Positions 16,047 to 23,094 of a DNA stretch of 32,000 bases are shown in pieces; position 1 is the stretch's first letter; every line of letters begins with the position of its first letter. Origin of the DNA: Rhodobacter capsulatus SB 1003 (GTDB lineage: Bacteria > Pseudomonadota > Alphaproteobacteria > Rhodobacterales > Rhodobacteraceae); contig NC_014034.1 of NCBI RefSeq assembly GCF_000021865.1, positions 2,100,001 through 2,132,000 of the forward strand. The letters are read 5' to 3'. Position numbers and translations under genes: made by a program. The notes beneath the pieces are model-generated. The model worked only from the letters and a program-made list of their open reading frames with translations, was not told the DNA's origin and did no database searches.

Positions 16047-16220
16047 TCAGACCCGGGTCGCCTGCGCCGGTCGCGGCGCGGCGCCGACGGCGGCATCCGA
16101 CGCGGGCGGCACGGGGGCCTCCTCGTCATATTGCGGCGGCTGGTCCTGCACGAGCCCGAGCCTGGCATTGAGAACCATCCACAGGATCGCGCAAACCGGG
16201 AAGATCAGAAGAGCCCACAT
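16047..16220 (-). CDS. Candidate small membrane protein (57 aa), below the ORF-track size cut-off
   Basis: Hand translation gives MWALLIFPVCAILWMVLNARLGLVQDQPPQYDEEAPVPPASDAAVGAAPRPAQATRV. There is one N-terminal TM helix, third codon positions are mostly G/C as in neighbouring genes, and an in-frame TGA sits two codons upstream of the ATG. The RBS is weak (AAGG ~12 nt upstream). Confidence 0.35.
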   Translation of the reverse strand: MWALLIFPVCAILWMVLNARLGLVQDQPPQYDEEAPVPPASDAAVGAAPRPAQATRV

Positions 16221-16509
16221 CGGTCAGATACCTTTTCGGCAAAGCTTAGCAAAGCATGCGCAGGAAATCACTACCGATCCGTTAATTATGTTCGCTCCGC
16301 AGAGGTTTTGCCCGAAGGCGCCGCATCCGGCGCCCGGGCGCGGAAAATACCGGTCATTCGCCTCAAGTTTGAAACGAAGAACCGGCCCCGGTCCGGGCCC
16401 TGCTCACCACTCCTTAAGATCCTTGCTGTCTGCTGGTTTCCGGGTGTCGGGGAAGCATGATGGTGAGGGCCATCCCCCCGACGTGAAGTGGGAACGAAGG
16501 GGTAATTTC

Positions 16510-17007
16510 ATGTGGGAACAGGCAACCCGCCTGCGGGTCCTGCCGCGCTTTGCCGCGCGCAGGATCGCAGGCGCTCTCTTGGTCTTTGGTTTGATCGGCA
16601 TGCCGCCGGGGGCACCTCGGGCGCAGGAGGTCTATCTGGCCGCCAATCCGATCATCGTCACCGCCGACCGGGGCGGCTATCTTGGCAAACGCAGCGATCA
16701 GATCGACCGGATGCGCTCGATCGGGCAGCGGGTGGAGTTGCGCGGCACCTGCCTGTCGGCCTGCACCATGTATCTGAGCCTGCCCAATGTCTGTGTCGCG
16801 CCCGATGCCGTCCTGGGCTTTCACGGTCCGAGCAAGAACGGCATACCGTTGCCGCAGCGCGACTTTGACTACTGGTCGCAGGTGATGGCCCGCAACTACA
16901 GCGAGCCCCTGCGGTCGTGGTTCATGACCAAGGCCCGGTTCATCACCAACGGCTATTACAAGGTCAGCGGCGCAGAGCTGATCCGGATGGGCTATCCGCA
17001 ATGCTGA
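16510..17007 (+). CDS. Hypothetical secreted/periplasmic protein (165 aa)
   Basis: ATG at 16510 with GAAGGGG upstream. Signal-like N-terminus is MWEQATRLRVLPRFAARRIAGALLVFGLIGMPPGAPRAQE. The mature part contains LRGTCLSACTMYLSLPNVCVAPDAVLGFHGP, which is loosely reminiscent of periplasmic ClpP/crotonase-like (COG3904-type) proteins. The upstream in-frame extension (track ORF from 15829) uses rare A/T-ending codons and is rejected. Confidence 0.55.
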   Translation: MWEQATRLRVLPRFAARRIAGALLVFGLIGMPPGAPRAQEVYLAANPIIVTADRGGYLGKRSDQIDRMRSIGQRVELRGTCLSACTMYLSLPNVCVAPDAVLGFHGPSKNGIPLPQRDFDYWSQVMARNYSEPLRSWFMTKARFITNGYYKVSGAELIRMGYPQC

Positions 17008-17031
17008 CGCCGGAAAAGCTGCGGCTCAACT

Positions 17032-17065
17032 AAAGGAAACCGGCGGGGCCTTTCGGCGCCGCCGG
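17032..17065 (-). terminator. Rho-independent terminator for yjbE-B (end of the module B operon); may act bidirectionally
   Basis: CCGGCGGGGCC (17040-17050), loop TTTC, GGCGCCGCCGG (17055-17065), with 10 of 11 pairs. On the minus strand the stem is followed by TTTCCTTT (17032-17039). It sits between the convergent genes 16510-17007 (+) and 17103-17420 (-). Confidence 0.6.
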
Positions 17066-17102
17066 CCCTGTGTCATTCGGCACCGGCGCGTTGCGCCGGA
17101 GC

Positions 17103-17420
17103 TTATTGCTGCGTGTCGGTGGTGGCACCGCCACCGCCGCCCGCCACGGCCGCCGCCACCACACCGGCCGCGGCCACGCCGCCAAGCGCACCAAGACCGC
17201 CGAGCAGCGGGAAGAAACCGGTGGCTTCAGGTTCGACACCGGCCTCTTTCGCGTCGGCTGCCGCGCCGCCGGGCGCGCCGGGCTTGGCGGCCGGGGTTTT
17301 GACGGCCGGGGGCTGCGCGGCCGGAGCCTTGGCCGAGACCCGCGCGGCACCCGGAACCTGCTGTGCCTGAACCGCGAAAGGCAGGGCGCAAAGAAGGCAT
17401 GCAAGACAGATTTTCTTCAT
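17103..17420 (-). CDS. yjbE: Small secreted Gly/Ala/Pro-rich protein, YjbE/GfcA-like (module B)
   Basis: ATG at 17420 with GGAG 7 nt upstream; the track ORF begins further upstream at 17585. 105 aa. Signal peptide is MKKICLACLLCALPFAVQA, the middle is Ala/Pro/Lys-rich, and the C-terminus is FFPLLGGLGALGGVAAAGVVAAAVAGGGGGATTDTQQ. It is the last gene of the wza-wzb-wzc-yjbH-yjbF operon. Confidence 0.65.
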   Translation of the reverse strand: MKKICLACLLCALPFAVQAQQVPGAARVSAKAPAAQPPAVKTPAAKPGAPGGAAADAKEAGVEPEATGFFPLLGGLGALGGVAAAGVVAAAVAGGGGGATTDTQQ

Positions 17421-17500
17421 GATCGTCTCCAGAAATATTTGGGTCAACATATCACGCGGCGCCTTGTCTGCAAAGCTTGTCCGGCCGTTTCGGGGGCATT

Positions 17501-18103
17501 TCACCCGCTTCTGCCGGTCATTGCGGCGGTTTCCTCCAGGTTGAACGGCCCGACATCGACATATCCCAGCGCGGGAGAGATCCATTGCCGGGATTTCGCC
17601 ACCCGACCGGCCGAATCAAGCTCGAAGACATTGGTGAAGGCGTGATCGCGCGCGCGGCAGCTTTCCTCGAAGCGGCGCAGCCCGTTTTCGACGCCCAGGG
17701 CCCGCATCGAGCAGCCCGCCGTCAGCCAGGTGGAATGGTTGTCCCCGGTCAGATAGCGCAGCTTGCGCCGGTAGACCCCCTCTGCCTGCCCGGCCAGCGC
17801 GGCGCGGGTGGGGGCGGCATCGGCCCCCATCAGATCCTCGCCCAGACCGCGGCTGGCAACCAGAATGCCGTCGTCAAAGGAGAGCGTGATCCGGTCCAGC
17901 GTCTGCCAGGTGCTGACCGGGCCATTCTGCCCCACCGGGCGCAGCACCGCCCGGGCCTTGCGCGCGGGCAGATCGGCGCGGATCAGCGGCGCGGTCAGAA
18001 ACGGCTGCGCGGCGGCGGCCAGCTCGGCCTGTTGCCGCGGCGAGGGCCCGCAACCGGCCAGAGCCGCGGCGCAGGCAAGCAGAACAAGCGCTTTTCCCGT
18101 CAT
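17501..18103 (-). CDS. yjbF: YjbF/GfcB-family lipoprotein (module B)
   Basis: 200 aa. Lipoprotein signal is MTGKALVLLACAAALAGC. The start overlaps the yjbH-B stop (ATGA at 18100-18103). It shares GILVASRGLGEDLMGAD and KSRQWISP motifs with 9227-9889. Confidence 0.65.
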   Translation of the reverse strand: MTGKALVLLACAAALAGCGPSPRQQAELAAAAQPFLTAPLIRADLPARKARAVLRPVGQNGPVSTWQTLDRITLSFDDGILVASRGLGEDLMGADAAPTRAALAGQAEGVYRRKLRYLTGDNHSTWLTAGCSMRALGVENGLRRFEESCRARDHAFTNVFELDSAGRVAKSRQWISPALGYVDVGPFNLEETAAMTGRSG

Positions 18104-20220
18104 TTCCAGAACCGCCCCCAGGATGCATCCAGCGCCGAGGCCTGTTGGCCGCGCACGGTTTCGTAAAGCCGCCCCGGCACGGCAAGCCGCGCGCCGCCGT
18201 CGCGCTGCACCGGCCGGATCGTGGTGTTGATCGCCCGCCGCTCCGGCTTGCCGGTGATCCAGTCGATCGGGATCGTCAGGCTGATCCCCTTGTCAAAGGA
18301 GCCCTCGCCGAAATCCTCGGAGGAGACATTGGTGAGCGTGGCAAAGGCGCCGATCTTCCAGCCGTTGTCGAATTCGCGCGCCAGCGTGACCGTCGCCCCG
18401 GTGTCGCCCGCCAGATAGCGGCCGACATCGATCTGCCCCATGAAGCCGCCGTCGAACTGGTAATAGGCCGAGAGATGGCCGGTGGCGACATCGTAATCGC
18501 GAAAGCCGAACATGTCGTCGAAGGCGCGCTGCTTCGTCCAGTTCACCTCGGCCCCCAGCGCGAGGCGGCTGTTTTGCGGCTTCCACAGCAGTTCCGAGGA
18601 CACCCCGCCATACATCTGTTCCAGCAGGCCGACGGTCACCCGGCCATAAAGATCCCGCCCGGGCCGGACATACCAGGCGCCGGTCAGTTCGGTCAGGCTG
18701 GTGTCGCTGCCCTTGGCGTAAAGATAGCCGTCCGAGCGCACATGCGGCAGCACCGAGGTCGAGGGGCGGATGGTCCGGTCCATGTTGCCGACCAGCTTCT
18801 GATGCAGCCGTGCCGAGAAGACCAGGCCCGCCGTCGGCTCGAACCGGGCCGAGGCCGCCACCCCGCCATCGATGCGCAGGGGCGAATCCGGGTCGAAGAA
18901 ACTGGGCGTCACATAGGGGTCAAGCCCCGCGGTGAAGGCGGGGAAATAGCCGCCGTTCGGCGCCAGCGATGTCGGCGCATCGGCGATCCGGGTGCGGGCG
19001 CGCATCAGATCGGAGGCGACGGGGTGGAATTCCAGCGCCTCCAGATCGGCGCGGCGCAGCAGCACCGAGGAGACCGGCATGCCCTTTTCGGTCAGCCGGA
19101 TCTCGAAACGCTCGATATGGGCGGGGGCAAGGCCGGTCAGCGCGCGGGCGGCGCGGCCGGTCGCCTGCGCGGCGATCGGATAGCGGTCGTTTCCGATCTG
19201 GATGCGCAGGGTGTCGCCGTCGCGGGCAAGCCCGTGCAGGGTGAGGCCTTCCTTCTCCAGCGCGCTCCGGGTGGCGGCGATCAGCGCGCCCTCGTCCAGA
19301 TCGGGGCTGGGCCCGGCCGAGCCCGCGCGCGGCACGACAGGCGGCGGCGCGGCATCCAGCCCCGAGCCCATGCGCGGCTGTTTCGGGTTCAGCGCATAAG
19401 TGAATTGCAGCCCCAGTTCCGAACCGTACAGATAGCGTGCCGAGAAGGTGGTGCGGTCGCTGTAGTGATAATCGGCACCAAAGTTCAGGGGCGATTTGCG
19501 CTTGAAGGCGGCGCCGTCCTCGCGGGCGTAATCATCCGAGGAATATTCGGCCACCAGCCGCCAGCGGTCGTTCGGGCGCCATTCCACCCCGCCGAAGAAG
19601 GCGGCATCGCCGCGAAACCAGGTCTTGGCCTGAAAGCCGCCCCCCGGGCCGGATTCGGCGAAGGGACGGTATTTGAACGCCGGTTTCAGCACGCCCAGTG
19701 GGTTGGTGAAGCCGCCATGCGAGCCCAGCCGCCCCCAGCCCAGCCCGAGCGTCGCCCGCAGCTGCGGCGAAAAGGTCTTGCTCGCCACCACATATTCGCC
19801 GCCATAGATGCCGGTGCCGACAAGGTCGTTGACCCCGATGGCAAAGGCCGGACGGTAGGTGCCCTCCTCGAGGAAGCGATACTGCAGCGAAAAGCTGCGG
19901 TCGTAGCGATAGGGCTCGACCGGGCCGCCGGGGTTGCGGCGGATGTCATGCAGCAGCGAATAGCGGAACGAGGCCGAGAGCCGCTCGGAGATCTGAAAGG
20001 TCAGCGCATGCCGGGTCTGGTTCTGGACATGGCTGACGGCATAGCCCAGCTCGCCGTCTTCGCGGCCAAAGGCGCCGGGCATGTCGATCAGCCCGGGCAC
20101 GCCGAAGCTGTTGTAGCCCCAGGCCGTGCCCTCGGGCCCCGCCGCGGCCGGACCGGCCGAAAGCCCCGCGATCAGGGCCGCAGAAGAGATCAGGAAAAAC
20201 GGTTTCGACGGTCTCGACAT
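18100..20220 (-). CDS. yjbH: YjbH/GfcD-family outer-membrane exopolysaccharide protein (module B)
   Basis: 706 aa. Signal peptide is MSRPSKPFFLISSAALIAGLSAGPAAA. It has the N-terminal GVPGLIDMPGA motif and the C-terminal FGEGSFDKGISLTIPIDWITGKPERR...IRPVQRDGGARL...WGRFWK. It is collinear with 7119-9230. Confidence 0.75.
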   Translation of the reverse strand: MSRPSKPFFLISSAALIAGLSAGPAAAGPEGTAWGYNSFGVPGLIDMPGAFGREDGELGYAVSHVQNQTRHALTFQISERLSASFRYSLLHDIRRNPGGPVEPYRYDRSFSLQYRFLEEGTYRPAFAIGVNDLVGTGIYGGEYVVASKTFSPQLRATLGLGWGRLGSHGGFTNPLGVLKPAFKYRPFAESGPGGGFQAKTWFRGDAAFFGGVEWRPNDRWRLVAEYSSDDYAREDGAAFKRKSPLNFGADYHYSDRTTFSARYLYGSELGLQFTYALNPKQPRMGSGLDAAPPPVVPRAGSAGPSPDLDEGALIAATRSALEKEGLTLHGLARDGDTLRIQIGNDRYPIAAQATGRAARALTGLAPAHIERFEIRLTEKGMPVSSVLLRRADLEALEFHPVASDLMRARTRIADAPTSLAPNGGYFPAFTAGLDPYVTPSFFDPDSPLRIDGGVAASARFEPTAGLVFSARLHQKLVGNMDRTIRPSTSVLPHVRSDGYLYAKGSDTSLTELTGAWYVRPGRDLYGRVTVGLLEQMYGGVSSELLWKPQNSRLALGAEVNWTKQRAFDDMFGFRDYDVATGHLSAYYQFDGGFMGQIDVGRYLAGDTGATVTLAREFDNGWKIGAFATLTNVSSEDFGEGSFDKGISLTIPIDWITGKPERRAINTTIRPVQRDGGARLAVPGRLYETVRGQQASALDASWGRFWK

Positions 20221-20361
20221 TCTGCCCTGCCTTGCCGGAATATATTCTTCAACTTTGGTCCAATCTGCTGCGCCCGCGCCGGGGCGTCAACCAAAAGGAG
20301 AGTGCCCGCGCCGCGAGATCGCCGCCCGTGGCGAGCCTGCCGCAGCCGCGCCCCTCCCGGT

Positions 20362-22554
20362 TCAGCCGCGGTCGGATTTGTAGTCATAGCGATAGTTGTA
20401 ATAATGATAGGCGCCGCCGTAGCGGGCCCCTTCCTCGACCTTGTAGCCGTTCAGGATCGCCCCGGTGATCGTGCTGCCCGCGGTCTCGAAGGCGCGTTTG
20501 ACCGCCTCGACCTCGCCCGCCATCGTTTCCAGATGCCGCGCGACCACGATCCGCGCGCCGACAAACCGCCCGATCACCACCGGATCGGTGACGGCCAGCG
20601 CGGGCGGGCTGTCGATCAGAACCAGATCGAAGCGCTCCGACAAAAGCTGCAGCAGCGCCTCGAACTCGGCCCGCATCAGAAGCTCGGACGGGTTCGGCGG
20701 AAACCGCCCCGAGGTGATCACCGAAAGCCCCGGAACCGGGCCTTCGACCAGCACCTCTTCCAGCGTGCATTCCCGCGCAAGATAGTCCGACAGCCCCGGC
20801 GCGGTCTTCGGCCTGCCGAAATAGCGCCGCAGATAGCCCTTGCGCAGATCGGCATCGACCAGACACACCCGCTGCCCCGCCTGCGCCGCCACCGTGGCGA
20901 AATTGACCGAGGTGAAGCTCTTGCCCGCCCCCGGCGCGGCCGAGGTGATCAGGATCGTGTTCGTGCGCGCATCGAGCATGCCGAAATGCAGCGAGGTGCG
21001 CAGGCTGCGCAGCGCCTCGATCACCAGATCGTCCGGATTGGTCAGCGCCATGATCGGCAAGGCCCCCTTGCGGCGGCGATGGTTGGCCGCCTCGGGCGAG
21101 AAATTCACCGTGGCAAAGACCGGCAGGCCCAGCTTTTCCAGCTCCTGCGCGCCGCGGATGCCGCGGTTCAGCAGCCGCCGCCCGAAAACCGTCGCCGCCC
21201 CGAGCACGAGGCCGAGCAGCAGCGACACCGTCAGGATCCGCCCCGCCCGCGGCGCCACCTTGATGTCGCTGGCATAGGCGGTGTCGATGATCCGCACCGA
21301 GCCCACGGTCGAGGCCTGCACCACCCGCAATTCCTGCTGCCGGTTCAGAAGCTGCACATAGACCTGCTGCGACACTTCCAGATTGCGGCTGAGGTTGAAG
21401 ATTTCCTTTTGCGTTTCCGGCAGGTTGGCGGTCGCCTTGCGCAGATCGGCCAGCTGCGTCTCCAGCGTGGCACGGTTTTGCAAAAGCGCCTGATAGACCG
21501 GGTGATTGACCGTGAAGCGGTCCTTCAGCTCCTCTTCCTTCAGCGAAAGCGCGTTCAGCTCGGTCTCGAGCTGCGTCGCGCGGTCCAAAAGCGCCTTGGT
21601 CTCGTAATCGACATCCACCGATTGCTGCGCCTGCCGATAGGTGTTCAGCGCATCCTGCGCCGCCGCCACCGCCGCCTCGGCCTTGGGCAGCTGCGCATCG
21701 ATGAACCCCAGGGAATTGCGCGCCTCGGCGGCAGAGCGGCTGACGTTCTGGCTGACATAGGCCTGGGCGATCGCATCCAGAATCCGCTCGGCGCGCTCGG
21801 GCACCGCATCGCGGTAGCTGACCTTGAGGATCGACGAGCCCTTCGGCGCCTCGGAGACGCCGAAGTTTTCCTGCAGCTCCTTCACCATGTCGGGCAGCGC
21901 CTGTTTCGAGACCAGGAATTCCCGCCCCACCGGCCCTTCGAGCCGGTCGACAAGGATCGCCCCCCCCGCCCCGGGCAGGTTCAGCCGCCGCCGCACCGGG
22001 CCTTCCAGCACCGCCCCGTCGGGCAGGGTCAGCCGGAATTCCCCCGGCGCGGTGATCCGCAGCACCAGCTCTTCGCCCAAAAGCGCCTCGGGCAGGTCAA
22101 GAACGCTGACCGCGATCGCCTCGTTGCCATGCCGGCGCGACGGAAACAGCAGATCCGGCACTCCAAGCCGCACCGGCAGCATGCCCAGCAGGGGCCAGGG
22201 CCGCGGCTCGGCCAGGATCTGCAGGTTCAGCCCCTGCACCACCTCGCCCATCACCATCCGCGATTTCATGATCGCCATCTCGGCCTCGCCGGGGGATTTC
22301 GTCCCGACATCGCCGCTGAGCAGTTCCTGCATCCCCTCGGGCAGCGCCAATGCCCCGGATTTCGTTTCAAGCTGCAAGAGCCCCTCGGCCTGATAGACCG
22401 GCGTCGCGCGCAGCACCGAAAACACCCCCAGCGCCAAGGAGGCCGCGGTGATCCCGGCAATCCAGAGCTTGCCCGCCCAAAGGTGACCGGCAAGCTCCAT
22501 CAGATCGATCTCGTCGCTCTGATCCGGGGTCGGACGGGGGGCGGTGCTGGTCAT
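20362..22554 (-). CDS. wzc: Polysaccharide co-polymerase / tyrosine autokinase (Wzc/Etk family), module B
   Basis: 730 aa. It has a Wzz-type N-terminus (LWIAGITAASLALGVFSVL), a coiled-coil periplasmic region and a second TM. The kinase domain has Walker A SAAPGAGKSFT, A' LVDADLRKG and B LVLIDSPP, with a Tyr cluster tail YGGAYHYYNYRYDYKSDRG. Confidence 0.9.
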   Translation of the reverse strand: MTSTAPRPTPDQSDEIDLMELAGHLWAGKLWIAGITAASLALGVFSVLRATPVYQAEGLLQLETKSGALALPEGMQELLSGDVGTKSPGEAEMAIMKSRMVMGEVVQGLNLQILAEPRPWPLLGMLPVRLGVPDLLFPSRRHGNEAIAVSVLDLPEALLGEELVLRITAPGEFRLTLPDGAVLEGPVRRRLNLPGAGGAILVDRLEGPVGREFLVSKQALPDMVKELQENFGVSEAPKGSSILKVSYRDAVPERAERILDAIAQAYVSQNVSRSAAEARNSLGFIDAQLPKAEAAVAAAQDALNTYRQAQQSVDVDYETKALLDRATQLETELNALSLKEEELKDRFTVNHPVYQALLQNRATLETQLADLRKATANLPETQKEIFNLSRNLEVSQQVYVQLLNRQQELRVVQASTVGSVRIIDTAYASDIKVAPRAGRILTVSLLLGLVLGAATVFGRRLLNRGIRGAQELEKLGLPVFATVNFSPEAANHRRRKGALPIMALTNPDDLVIEALRSLRTSLHFGMLDARTNTILITSAAPGAGKSFTSVNFATVAAQAGQRVCLVDADLRKGYLRRYFGRPKTAPGLSDYLARECTLEEVLVEGPVPGLSVITSGRFPPNPSELLMRAEFEALLQLLSERFDLVLIDSPPALAVTDPVVIGRFVGARIVVARHLETMAGEVEAVKRAFETAGSTITGAILNGYKVEEGARYGGAYHYYNYRYDYKSDRG

Positions 22555-22660
22555 CTCAAGGTCCTGTCAATCAGTCAAACATGCAGTTCGGGACAAATGA
22601 TCCCGCAATGGGACGCGCCCGTCCCGGGCAGGCCGGGGCGAGCGCTTTCGTGTTTACGCG

Positions 22661-23089
22661 TCAAAGGCGCGCAATCCAAGGCTCTGCCGCGGCGAGGATC
22701 CGGTCACGCGTCGCGCGGTGCACGTCCAGATCGCGGCGGAACGGGTCGGCGATGCCCTGCCCGCCCGTCCAGTGGTCAAACAGCATCACCCGCCCCGAAA
22801 GCTCCGGAAAGCGGCGAAAGATCTCGGCGCGGTGGCCCGGTTCCATCACCAGGATCAGATCCTGCGTCGCGCCGATCTCGGCGCTCAGCTGCCGCGCCAC
22901 ATGGCCCGACAGATCCAGCCCGACCTCGGCGGCGACAGTCGCCGCATCGGCATCGGCGCCATGCCCCACCACCGCCGCCAGCCCCGCCGAGGACAGCCGC
23001 AGCCCCGGCCGCGCCCGCGCCAGAACCGCCGCCCCGAGCGGAGAGCGACAGATATTGCCGACGCAGACCACCAGAACCGAACGGATCAT
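22661..23089 (-). CDS. wzb: Low-molecular-weight protein-tyrosine phosphatase (Wzb/Etp type)
   Basis: 142 aa. The N-terminal P-loop is VLVVCVGNICRSPLG (the C-x5-R-S signature). A downstream Asp loop is GIADPFRRD. It lies between wza and wzc as in classical wza-wzb-wzc operons. Confidence 0.9.
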   Translation of the reverse strand: MIRSVLVVCVGNICRSPLGAAVLARARPGLRLSSAGLAAVVGHGADADAATVAAEVGLDLSGHVARQLSAEIGATQDLILVMEPGHRAEIFRRFPELSGRVMLFDHWTGGQGIADPFRRDLDVHRATRDRILAAAEPWIARL

Positions 23090-23094
23090 GGCGG

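Noticed and set aside
788-16460. Other long shadow ORFs: 788-2161 (+), 2181-3191 (-), 5531-6955 (-), 6085-7158 (+), 7218-9614 (-), 9941-12064 (+), 11151-12212 (-), 13697-14416 (-), 14943-16460 (+). Further downstream: 23416-25155 (+), 25272-26429 (+), 25921-27822 (+), 30729-31736 (+).
   Set aside because: Each overlaps, antisense or out of frame, a gene with clear family motifs. Translations are Arg/Pro/Gly/Ala-rich without domains. None has a better RBS or start context than the gene it shadows.
15829-16509. A long N-terminal extension of the 16510-17007 gene (392-aa track ORF, or the ATG at 16289).
   Set aside because: The extension overlaps the epimerase 5' end and the small-ORF region and uses many rare A/T-ending codons (AAA, TCA, AGT, TTG, CGA, AGA, TTA). 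It would bury an obvious signal peptide that begins at the ATG at 16510, which has a good RBS.
14516-17420. The C-terminal PLLGG-hydrophobic tails of the two YjbE-like proteins read as PEP-CTERM/exosortase or a similar known sorting signal.
   Set aside because: There is no PEP (or VPxxx) motif, and the tails end in polar Ser/Thr/Gln/Asn residues rather than a basic cluster. No exosortase, sortase or rhombosortase gene is in the window. The resemblance to the YjbE/GfcA family is the simpler explanation.
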